From: Gammaproteobacteria bacterium
Lineage (GTDB): Bacteria; Pseudomonadota; Gammaproteobacteria; QZLD01
Assembly: GCA_033852075.1 (NCBI GenBank)
Contig: JAWSVC010000014.1
Span: 113-64,112 of the forward strand
DNA length: 64,000 nt
Direction of reading: 5' to 3'
The position numbers were made by a program, and so were the translations under genes. The notes below the pieces were generated by a model, which made no database searches, was not told the origin of the DNA, and saw only the letters and a program-made list of their open reading frames with translations. This document shows, piece by piece, positions 1-8,394 of the stretch (positions are counted from its first letter, which is position 1; each line of letters begins with the position of its first letter).

Positions 1-101
1 GTGTAATTTTCTTGTAGCATTTCTGTGACAAACTACCTCGCAAATTAACCATCATGCTTAATTTATACATTTAATTTTTTATTATTAATGAGCGTTAAGA
101 A

Positions 102-2480
102 ATGAGAAACATCCTAAGAAACATTATTTTATCTACATCTATAGTTCTTCTTATATCCTGCGGCGGCAGTGAAGGAAGAAAAGAAAAATACCTGGATCAA
201 GGTATCTCAAAGTTTGAATCCGGAGACTACGAAAAGGCTCGCGTTAGCTTTAAGAATGTTCTGCAAATTGACCCAAAGGATGTTAAAGGCAGGTTTTGGA
301 TTGGCAAAACCATGGAAAAACTTAAGGAGTGGCGCAAAGCTGCAGGATATTACAACTCCACCCTTGATGTTGATCCAAACCATCATGAAGCCACTGTGCG
401 TTTAGGGCGCATAATGTTAATGGCACGAGATGACAAGTCGGCACTGGAAAAGGCAGAAAAACTATTAGCCACTAACCCGCAAGATCCAGACGGCTTAGTA
501 ATCCGTGCCGGAGTTCACTCTATCCGTGGTGATATTACAAACTCTCAAAAAGACGCCGAAGCGGCTCTTAAACAAAATAGCACGCACCTTGATGCCATTG
601 TATTACTAGCATCCATCTATAACCAGCAGGGCAACCAAGATAAAACTTTAGAAATACTTAACCAAGGAATAGCTGCTCATAAAGAAAATATCAGCCTGCG
701 CGCACTTAAGGTCAACATCTTCATTAAACAAAACAAACCAGATGCTGCCATCGCTATCCTAAATGAAATCATAACTATAGAACCTGAAAATCTTGCTCAT
801 AGAGTTAGCTTGGCCAAACTACTTATCTCTCTACAGCAAACAGAAAAGGCCAAGCAAGTACTGGCAAAGGCAATATCTGAAATGCCAGAAGATCTTGAAG
901 CAAAAATAGCTATGGTGGATTTTCTGCAACAAACAGAAGGAGTGCCTGCCGCCGAAGCAAAGCTGCAAGAGATGATTAATCAAAACTCTGAAGAAACAAA
1001 ACTAAAATTTAAGATGGCACACCTGCTTGAAAGCAATAAGAAAGTTGAAGAGGCTAAAGAGGTTTATAACAAGATTATCTCTGATGATGAAACTAGCCCT
1101 AACGCCTTAAAAGCTCGTAATCGCCTTGCGATGATATTGGCTTCAGAAAAAGATATAGATAGCGCTTTACAGCAACTAAGAATCGTACTCGAGGAAAACC
1201 CAAGGGATAACGATGCCCTGATCCTTCGTGGCAACATTGCCATGACTCAAAAGAACGCCATTGATGCAATCGCCGATTACCGTTCAGTTCTACGTGATCA
1301 ACCAGATTCGGCTAAAGTACTAAGCCTTCTTGCGCGTGCACAGGTCGCCAATAAGGAATATGAACTAGCCAAGCAAAACTATCAGCGTGCCCTTGAAGCT
1401 GATCCAATGCTGAAAAGCGTTTATCCTGAACTGGCTCAACTACTGATCGCAAATAAAGAAGCAAATCTAGCGATCAAGGTTCTTGAACAAGGCTTAATGT
1501 TAGATCAAAAACAACTAAATATGCTTGATGCACTAACCAAACTATATATCCAAACTAAGCAGTGGAATGAAGCCAAAAATGCAGCACGTAGACTAGAGTT
1601 CAACTTCCCGGATTCACCGCTTGGCTACTACTACAGTGGCATGATTGCAATGGGTGAGAAGGATTTTGCACAAGCAGAAAAAGATTTCAAACAATCCTTA
1701 TCAATTTCGCCAACTGCAGTTGAGCCATTAAATGGCTTGGTCCGCAGTTTCCTATATCGCCAGCAGCACGATTTAGCTATTGCCTGGTTAGATAGAGTTA
1801 TAGAAAAACATCCTGAACATGCGTTAGCTTATAACTTATTAGGCGAGATCTTGCTTGGACAAAAACAAACAAAAAAGGCAAAGGTAGTTTTTGAGAAGGC
1901 TATATCAATAAAAGAAAACTGGTGGATTCCATATCGTGGTCTTGCAGGTACCTATCTAGCTATGAAGCAAGAAACCAAGGCATTAGAAACTTACCAAAAA
2001 GCCTTGGAAAAAGATTCAAAGGCACTGCGTATCAGATCTGATATGGCCCTTTTGTTGGAGAAGCGCGGTGAATATGAAAAGGCTATAAGCGAATACGAAA
2101 CTATTATGACTCAACAGGAATCTTCTATAGCTGCAAATAATCTGGCAATGATGCTGGTTAGATATCGCAAAGATCAAAAGAGCATAGATCAAGCTTTTGA
2201 GTTAGTTAAAATCTTTGAAGGTAGCGAAAATCCAGCATTAATCGACACTATCGGTTGGGTTAACTACAAAAAAAATAACAATGAAAAAGCAATAGCACTG
2301 CTGGAAAAAGCTGTAGATAAAGCACCACAGGCTGCTGTGATCAGGTATCACTTGGGTATGGCTTATCTGAAAGGAAATCTTAAAGAGATGGCTAAAACCA
2401 ATTTGCAAAAATCTATCGAAGCAGGAATTGATTTTGCCGGAATAGATGAAGCTAAGGATGCCTTAAAAGGAATTAATTAA
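102..2480 (+). CDS. TPR-repeat lipoprotein (792 aa). It has a signal peptide with lipobox LISC|GG and many TPR repeats.
   Basis: Six-frame ORF. N-terminus MRNILRNIILSTSIVLLISCGGSEG is a lipoprotein signal. The sequence is repetitive and helical with TPR-like A/L/Y periodicity throughout. The architecture resembles PEP-CTERM-system TPR lipoproteins (from memory only). Confidence 0.7.
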   Translation: MRNILRNIILSTSIVLLISCGGSEGRKEKYLDQGISKFESGDYEKARVSFKNVLQIDPKDVKGRFWIGKTMEKLKEWRKAAGYYNSTLDVDPNHHEATVRLGRIMLMARDDKSALEKAEKLLATNPQDPDGLVIRAGVHSIRGDITNSQKDAEAALKQNSTHLDAIVLLASIYNQQGNQDKTLEILNQGIAAHKENISLRALKVNIFIKQNKPDAAIAILNEIITIEPENLAHRVSLAKLLISLQQTEKAKQVLAKAISEMPEDLEAKIAMVDFLQQTEGVPAAEAKLQEMINQNSEETKLKFKMAHLLESNKKVEEAKEVYNKIISDDETSPNALKARNRLAMILASEKDIDSALQQLRIVLEENPRDNDALILRGNIAMTQKNAIDAIADYRSVLRDQPDSAKVLSLLARAQVANKEYELAKQNYQRALEADPMLKSVYPELAQLLIANKEANLAIKVLEQGLMLDQKQLNMLDALTKLYIQTKQWNEAKNAARRLEFNFPDSPLGYYYSGMIAMGEKDFAQAEKDFKQSLSISPTAVEPLNGLVRSFLYRQQHDLAIAWLDRVIEKHPEHALAYNLLGEILLGQKQTKKAKVVFEKAISIKENWWIPYRGLAGTYLAMKQETKALETYQKALEKDSKALRIRSDMALLLEKRGEYEKAISEYETIMTQQESSIAANNLAMMLVRYRKDQKSIDQAFELVKIFEGSENPALIDTIGWVNYKKNNNEKAIALLEKAVDKAPQAAVIRYHLGMAYLKGNLKEMAKTNLQKSIEAGIDFAGIDEAKDALKGIN

Positions 2481-2530
2481 CCATAATGGGTTTTTAACCC
2501 CGTGTATTTTGATAACTAGAGGACTATCAT

Positions 2531-4465
2531 ATGAACACAAAGACTGTAATCAATGCGGTTATGGCAGTGGTACTGTTTGTTTACGCTAGTATTGCGTTAG
2601 CTGATTCTGAAATTTTGATTCAAGAAGTAGGGTTTGTTGGTTCCAGTGCCAATGTTGCAACTGGTGAATTTGAACTGACAGAGTCGGGTCGTTATACATT
2701 TTCTATAACAGATCTTTCAACTCAAGATGTTAACAACGAGTTCTTAGAACCATTTGAGGATTTAAATGCTCTTATCATTAAAGATGATCAAGAATATATT
2801 ACAAAATTTAGTAGCGATTTATCGACATCAAATATTCAACTTGAACCGGGTATTTATCAAATAATTATTCACGGAACATCATTACAAACTTCAGGTAAAA
2901 TCAGTCAATACTCTGCTAATGTTATATTGGAAAATCAAGAGACTCCGGTCTATACAAAGGTTGGTTTTATTCCTGAATTATCTAATGAAACTAAAATTGA
3001 AGATGGCTTTATCAATCCTATCGGTATCGAAGAGGATGGGGATTACAAAATATATTTAACCAACTTTGCATTTCCAAAAAGTCTGCAACATCTTCAGCTT
3101 TTAGTTGCTAATAATGCAGACCACAGCTCATCGTTTCAATTAGATGCATCAAACTCTACTCAAGCTATAAGCAGTATATTCTCCGCTACTGCCGGAAATA
3201 CACTAACCATTGCTACAATTGCTGTGGCAGATGAGAGCGTTGGTAAGGGATTATTTGGAATTAAGATGGTTAAGGTTGTTGGAGAATACGAGTTATCTGT
3301 TTTTGAAACCGTAATACCTGTTGGAGAAGAAGATGGAACAACTGATAATGATGTTACCACACTGCACCAAGGGTTTTTCACTGTTCCAGAAAATACTGGC
3401 GGTACTCAAAATTTACAATTTTCCGATTTAAGAAGTGCCACAACTGTATTAGTTGATAATGAAGACTCTTTCATTGAATCCATCGGTTACATAATTCAAG
3501 ATGCTATAACAAACAATGTAATATTAAATACAACAGCAACCGAAGAAACAACTGAGCTTGGGTTACCTTCTGGTGATTACGTGATTCGTTTATTTGTTAA
3601 TAGTTCCATTACCCAAGAAGAGATATTTGGCATTAGAATTAGTGACAAGGCTTCTAACGAAAGGATCTATGATTATACACAAGTTATTGGTAAGGGGTTT
3701 TTACACTCAACACAACTTCCTGCGCTTGCTCAGCAAACTAAACTAATCATTGCTGATCTGTGTGAGCGTGCGCGTTTCTCACAACTTGCGTTAATACTTT
3801 CCAATGGCGTTGATATTATTGATACCGTAAAAATTGAATATTCAGCCAATGATCCCAGTTATTGTTCTAGCCCTGTTGTCGAGGATGTTGAAGTGATTAC
3901 TTCTAGCAGCCTTAGTTACCAGGCTCATATATATGCACTTGCTCCAGAAGAAACTGATCAAGGTACTATTAGACCTGCGTTATTCAATATGCAAATCATA
4001 AATGCAGACTCGGATACATTGATATATGAAAATACTGGGTCTATGCAAGGTGATTACTCATGTATGGGATATGAGTTTGATATTACTTCAGAAGATGGAA
4101 CAGGAACCATTAGCTTGATTGACTATGCGTTCCCTCAAAATTTTGCCGATATCAAATTGGTTATTACCCAAGGTACTGACAAGGTAACTATTTTTACAAC
4201 AAGTGAGGCAGGTTCAAGTTACACCTATGATTCTCTTCAATCTGGTAAATATTTTGCTACGGTCATTGCCGACCTTGCAGATGAATCCGCATTATCAACT
4301 TATGGGATCAAAATGACCTATAAACCTGCTACAAACGTTCCACCGGTAGATAATCAAACCGGAGATGGTGGAAGTGATAGTAGTGGTAGTGGAGGAGGCG
4401 GTAATACGTCTTTACTGCTTGTTTTGATGTTACTACTTGGGGCGAATATCCGTAATAACAAGTAG
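2531..4465 (+). CDS. Secreted repeat-domain protein (644 aa) with a C-terminal GlyGly-CTERM-like sorting signal. The tail is Gly-rich, then a short hydrophobic helix, then basic residues.
   Basis: N-terminal signal peptide MNTKTVINAVMAVVLFVYASIALA. The C-terminus reads ...GDGGSDSSGSGGGGNTSLLLVLMLLLGANIRNNK. There are internal approximately 150-aa repeats (the ...DYAFP... / ...TNFAFP... modules). Only 50 bp separates it from the upstream TPR lipoprotein gene. Confidence 0.6.
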   Translation: MNTKTVINAVMAVVLFVYASIALADSEILIQEVGFVGSSANVATGEFELTESGRYTFSITDLSTQDVNNEFLEPFEDLNALIIKDDQEYITKFSSDLSTSNIQLEPGIYQIIIHGTSLQTSGKISQYSANVILENQETPVYTKVGFIPELSNETKIEDGFINPIGIEEDGDYKIYLTNFAFPKSLQHLQLLVANNADHSSSFQLDASNSTQAISSIFSATAGNTLTIATIAVADESVGKGLFGIKMVKVVGEYELSVFETVIPVGEEDGTTDNDVTTLHQGFFTVPENTGGTQNLQFSDLRSATTVLVDNEDSFIESIGYIIQDAITNNVILNTTATEETTELGLPSGDYVIRLFVNSSITQEEIFGIRISDKASNERIYDYTQVIGKGFLHSTQLPALAQQTKLIIADLCERARFSQLALILSNGVDIIDTVKIEYSANDPSYCSSPVVEDVEVITSSSLSYQAHIYALAPEETDQGTIRPALFNMQIINADSDTLIYENTGSMQGDYSCMGYEFDITSEDGTGTISLIDYAFPQNFADIKLVITQGTDKVTIFTTSEAGSSYTYDSLQSGKYFATVIADLADESALSTYGIKMTYKPATNVPPVDNQTGDGGSDSSGSGGGGNTSLLLVLMLLLGANIRNNK

Positions 4466-4479
4466 CTACCTATACACCA

Positions 4480-4514
4480 GAAGTGCAAGATTAAGACTCT
4501 TGCACTTCTTTCGG
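4480..4514 (+). terminator. Hairpin GAAGTGCAAGA-ttaagac-TCTTGCACTTC followed by TTTC. Likely terminator after the GlyGly-CTERM protein gene.
   Basis: Perfect 11-bp inverted repeat 15 nt after the stop codon, with a short U tract. Confidence 0.4.
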
Positions 4515-4647
4515 ATAGAATTAGAAATCAATTTCATTGCCTAATAAAAACCATCTATTAATAATAATTCTCCATTTCTTTCCTATAATTAAATCCATGG
4601 ATAAATAATTTTCCTTTTGTGCTTTTACCTATCGCTAGGAGTGCAGC

Positions 4648-7137
4648 ATGCGTACCTATAATTTAGCTTTTCGCAGCCATCTAAAAAAAATATTACGACC
4701 ATTAATACTTGTTGTAACAATGGCCTTATGCTGCTTTTCATTTGCTCAAGAAACTTCCGACATTGTTATTACTATAAATGGATCAACAACAGTACACCCA
4801 TTAGCGAATGCTTTTTCTGCTCACTATTCCAAACTACACCCTGAGGTAAGATTTGATATATCTGCAACTGGTAGCGGAGCCGGTGCAAATGCCCTTATAG
4901 AAGGTAAGTGCGACATTGCAAATATGTCTCGCTTTATGAAACAGGCTGAATTCCAAAAGGCTATCGAAAATGGTGTTCTGCCGGTTTTTCATACGGTTGC
5001 CATGGATGCTTTGCTGGTTATTACTCACAAAGACAATCCGATTGATGGGCTTTCCATAAAGCAAGTTCGGCAAATTTATTCCGGCGAAATAACCAATTGG
5101 AAAGAGGTTGGCGGTCGTGATGCTCGAATAACCGTAATTGCTCGGGACTCAAAAAGTGGCACTCAAAAGGTATTCAATGAACTGGTAATGCAGGGACAAT
5201 CAACAAAACCGGAATTTGAGCTAGAACACAATCGCCTGATTCAAACAATGGTGCAAGATGATCCTAATGCTATTGGATATGGAGGTTTGGCCTTTGCAAA
5301 TGGTGTTAAGCCTTTAGCGGTTGATGGCGTTACCCCGGATAGAGAACATATTGCTGCCAGCAAATACCCACTTGCAAGACCTCTTTTTATGGTTACCAAT
5401 GGTTATCCCAAACTTGGTTCTCATATCCAACAGTTTATTAATTTTTATGCTAAGCCGGCTGGACGTCTTGCAGTTGAAGAAGCAGGTTATGTATCCTTAC
5501 AAGGATATGGTGAAGTAACACTTGAAGATGTATTCAAGATTTATTGGCCATGGCTTGCACTGAGCGGATTCCTTATTATGGTTGTATATGCAGCCAGATC
5601 ATATTTATATGCTCGTAATATAAATAAGCATAGAAACAAGCTTAATAATTTACAAAACTACTTATATAACATAATCAATTCCATGCCATCAGTGATAATA
5701 AGTGTTGATAGTAATGGAATTATCAAACAATGGAACGTTCAGGCTGAAAAAATATTTAATTGTTCTTTTGCTGATGCCATAGGATCTAATGCAAGTGAAT
5801 TAATTACTATCAAAAGCCCCATCATAGATAAGCTTTCTGAAAATATTATTTATAACGATGTTTTTTCCGACGTTGAGGTTGAGTCAGTAATAGGTGATGA
5901 AACTCGTTATTTTGATATTACATTATTCCCTTTAAAAGAAGGAGATAGTCAAGGAGCTGTTATTCGTATCGACGATGTAAGTAAAAAGGTTGAGATAGAT
6001 AAAACCCTAAAACAAAGTAGAAAGATGGAAGCAGTTGGACAACTTGCCGGAGGCATTGCACATGACTTTAAAAACATGCTTGGTGCCATTCTAAGCGCTA
6101 GCCAACTATTTCAGTACAGAATGAGCAAGGAAGACCCTAATTTTAAATATGTAGAAATTATAGAAAGCGCATCAGAACAAGCTTCCGATCTTATTAGCAG
6201 ACTTTTAGATTTTTCTCGCAGAAGCAGTATAAGTGCAAAAATTGAGTTGCACAGCGCCATTGAAAATAGCATCAAACTATTAAAGCACAGCCTGCAAAAA
6301 AACATATTAATCGAAACAGATTTTCAGGCAGAAGAGGACACCGTTTTTGGTGATTTTTCGCAACTCCAAAATGTATTTTTAAATCTTGGTATTAATGCTG
6401 GTCATGCAATGCCATCTGGTGGGCACCTTGCATTTAAAACGCGAATTGTTGAACTCACACAGGAGTTTTGTGAACAAAGTTCCTACGCAATAGAACCTGG
6501 AAAATTCTTTCTTGTAGAAGTATCTGATACCGGATCAGGCATCCCCAATAAAATCATAAAAGAAATATTTGATCCTTTTTTCACCACCAAAGATCCTGGC
6601 AAAGGAACTGGGCTTGGCCTTTCTTCTGTAAAGTCAATACTAGAACAACACCATGGAGCTATCAATGTATACAGCGAACTAGGAAAAGGCAGCGTATTCC
6701 ATCTTTACTTCCCATTAGTAGAACCCGAAAAAATAGCCAGTAAGGATATCAAAACACAGTGGATTACTGGTAGTGGAACTATACTTGTAATTGAAGATGA
6801 ACCTATGATTCGTAAGATGACAACATCTATACTTTCAGAGCTTGGTTACAACACCATAACTGCCGTCGATGGTATTGATGGAGTTATCCAGTATGAAAAA
6901 AACGCCTCTTCAATTGATCTTGTTCTGCTAGATCTTGTAATGCCCAAGGCCAGCGGACATGAATGCTTTACACATCTTAAATATATCAATCCAAATGTTA
7001 AGGTAATTGTGTTAACCGGATTCTTACAGCAACAATATCTTGATGAGTTGATTAAAGCCGGCGTATGTGGGTACATCTCAAAACCTTATCGAATCGAAGA
7101 CTTAAGTCAGCTGATTAATCATGTGCTTTCTACTTAG
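4648..7137 (+). CDS. Hybrid sensor histidine kinase (829 aa). Domain order: signal peptide, periplasmic PstS-like phosphate-binding domain, TM, PAS, HisKA, HATPase, C-terminal receiver.
   Basis: The N-terminal domain carries a PBP_like_2/PstS signature (ITINGSTTVHPL...SATGSGAGANALIEGKCDIANMSR). TM helix IYWPWLALSGFLIMVVYAA. H-box GGIAHDFKNMLGAI. G-boxes DTGSGIP...GTGLGLS. REC domain ILVIEDEP...LVLLDLVMP...KPY. Confidence 0.8.
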   Translation: MRTYNLAFRSHLKKILRPLILVVTMALCCFSFAQETSDIVITINGSTTVHPLANAFSAHYSKLHPEVRFDISATGSGAGANALIEGKCDIANMSRFMKQAEFQKAIENGVLPVFHTVAMDALLVITHKDNPIDGLSIKQVRQIYSGEITNWKEVGGRDARITVIARDSKSGTQKVFNELVMQGQSTKPEFELEHNRLIQTMVQDDPNAIGYGGLAFANGVKPLAVDGVTPDREHIAASKYPLARPLFMVTNGYPKLGSHIQQFINFYAKPAGRLAVEEAGYVSLQGYGEVTLEDVFKIYWPWLALSGFLIMVVYAARSYLYARNINKHRNKLNNLQNYLYNIINSMPSVIISVDSNGIIKQWNVQAEKIFNCSFADAIGSNASELITIKSPIIDKLSENIIYNDVFSDVEVESVIGDETRYFDITLFPLKEGDSQGAVIRIDDVSKKVEIDKTLKQSRKMEAVGQLAGGIAHDFKNMLGAILSASQLFQYRMSKEDPNFKYVEIIESASEQASDLISRLLDFSRRSSISAKIELHSAIENSIKLLKHSLQKNILIETDFQAEEDTVFGDFSQLQNVFLNLGINAGHAMPSGGHLAFKTRIVELTQEFCEQSSYAIEPGKFFLVEVSDTGSGIPNKIIKEIFDPFFTTKDPGKGTGLGLSSVKSILEQHHGAINVYSELGKGSVFHLYFPLVEPEKIASKDIKTQWITGSGTILVIEDEPMIRKMTTSILSELGYNTITAVDGIDGVIQYEKNASSIDLVLLDLVMPKASGHECFTHLKYINPNVKVIVLTGFLQQQYLDELIKAGVCGYISKPYRIEDLSQLINHVLST

Positions 7138-7140
7138 ACA
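6952..7140 (+). repeat. Copy 1 of an approximately 188-bp direct repeat. It is the 3' end of the hybrid HK gene and is repeated at 21541-21728.
   Basis: Direct comparison gives about 90% nucleotide identity. Encoded peptide here is ...CFTHLKYINPNVKVIVLTGFLQQQYLDELIKAGVCGYISKPYRIEDLSQLINHVLST. Copy 2 encodes ...CFTHLKYINPNIKVIVLTGFLQQQYLDELIKAGVCGYISKPYRIEDLSKMINHVIST. Confidence 0.85.
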
Positions 7141-7263
7141 CATCGATTTCAGGTTGGACGACATTTGATGAAAGCGGAGAATTATCGTTTGTTAAGAGGC
7201 CGAGCTTTTGATGAATGGAGTAGGGCGAGTTGCGTCCAAAATATAGGTTTGTCAATAACCTGA

Positions 7264-7289
7264 GATGAAACTTTATTCATCCTTTTTTT
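7264..7289 (+). terminator. Hairpin GATGAA-actttat-TTCATC followed by CTTTTTTT.
   Basis: Six-bp stem plus T7 tract, about 130 nt after the HK stop codon. Confidence 0.35.
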
Positions 7290-7342
7290 AATACCAATGC
7301 TAAAAATGGAAAAACTTTTTTAAACAGCAATGAAGCAAAATA

Positions 7343-7708
7343 TTATTTACCTGTTTTTTCAGGAACATAAACCACTTCACCACTGGGTAGCTGATAGGCA
7401 ACACCCAACCGTTGACCGTTGCCACCAATCTCCTCTTCACTAATCTGGTAATGGTCAATTTTCACCCCCTGTTTGGTGATGATCTCCATATTATCCTTGC
7501 CTGGATTTTTTATAATTGTAATATCATCCTTAGATGTTAGTAATTCGGGTACGCTAAGAGCAGTAAACATCGCCAGTATTAATGCCACTGCAAAAACCAT
7601 AGCGACATCAAAAAGGTTAGCAACGGTTGCTAAAGGATCTTCGTCAACAGCTCCAAGCAATTGCTTATACCTTTGACTTTTTGAATTGGGCGTTATTCTA
7701 CCGATCAT
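7343..7708 (-). CDS. Small membrane protein, DUF2149-like (121 aa), with an ExbD/TolR-like single TM. It is the partner of the ExbB-like gene.
   Basis: TM segment DVAMVFAVALILAMF near the N-terminus. The start overlaps the upstream ExbB-like stop by 4 nt. Family assignment is from memory of the conserved ExbB-like/DUF2149/CobN-like neighbourhood. Confidence 0.5.
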   Translation of the reverse strand: MIGRITPNSKSQRYKQLLGAVDEDPLATVANLFDVAMVFAVALILAMFTALSVPELLTSKDDITIIKNPGKDNMEIITKQGVKIDHYQISEEEIGGNGQRLGVAYQLPSGEVVYVPEKTGK

Positions 7709-8394
7709 ACCTGGCGCTTATCTTTATTATAACTAACAGAGGCATTACCGGCAGACACCACTGCATTCTTAACCACACCAATAGGCCCTTGCACAATATA
7801 ACGGGTTAACTGCTCTGTTTGCATCATATCTCTGGCATACCAATATTGCCGGATAATCAGCATTACATAACACAATGCTCCAACTACCAAACCGGCAACG
7901 GTGGTACTAAAGACAATAATAAGTTCCTGAGACATCATCCCCAAATTACCCTGAGAGATGCTCATCAGGGCTGGTCCCATCGGGATCAATGTACCCATTA
8001 GCCCCAACATTGGTCCAATGCGCAATCCGATACGGATACGCGCCAGACGCTTTGCTGCATTAAACTCGATCTCCTGCAACACTTGTTCAAGCAATATTGC
8101 TTCACAGTGAGTTTTTTGCTTTGCCATAATCAATGAAGTTTGCTGCAATAAATACGGAGCGGCAATAGATGAAAGTAATTGGTTAAGGGAAATACGGGAA
8201 GCAGGGGCAGATTTACAAAAATCGCTCAATTGCTGATTCCATATATATCGATTAGTTCGTCGCTCTAACCACTCACGCAAAAACATACCAATTTCATACA
8301 GTGACCATAGCAATGCCAATAAAAGCCCAGTTATAACCGGAACCTTTAATGCTGCGGTGATGGTATAGAGAATAGATGTAACTTGCTCAATCAT
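7705..8394 (-). CDS. MotA/TolQ/ExbB-family proton channel protein (229 aa).
   Basis: Three TM helices with ExbB-like motifs (GPMLGLMGTLIPMGPAL and VFSTTVAGLVVGAL). Overlaps the CobN-like stop. Confidence 0.7.
   Translation of the reverse strand: MIEQVTSILYTITAALKVPVITGLLLALLWSLYEIGMFLREWLERRTNRYIWNQQLSDFCKSAPASRISLNQLLSSIAAPYLLQQTSLIMAKQKTHCEAILLEQVLQEIEFNAAKRLARIRIGLRIGPMLGLMGTLIPMGPALMSISQGNLGMMSQELIIVFSTTVAGLVVGALCYVMLIIRQYWYARDMMQTEQLTRYIVQGPIGVVKNAVVSAGNASVSYNKDKRQV

Noticed and set aside
169-405. Numerous 60-170-aa ORFs in alternative frames or antisense within large genes. Examples: 169-405, 3160-3381, 8429-9877 (several), 11066-11783, 26003-26375, 35227-36142, 60678-61241 and 61897-62152.
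   Set aside because: They are fully embedded in strongly supported genes, have low-complexity or compositionally odd translations, and lack RBSs. They are treated as non-coding shadows.
4330-4465. PEP-CTERM (exosortase) reading of the 644-aa protein's tail.
   Set aside because: There is no Pro-Glu-Pro motif before the hydrophobic segment. The Gly-rich/short-helix/basic pattern fits GlyGly-CTERM (rhombosortase) better.
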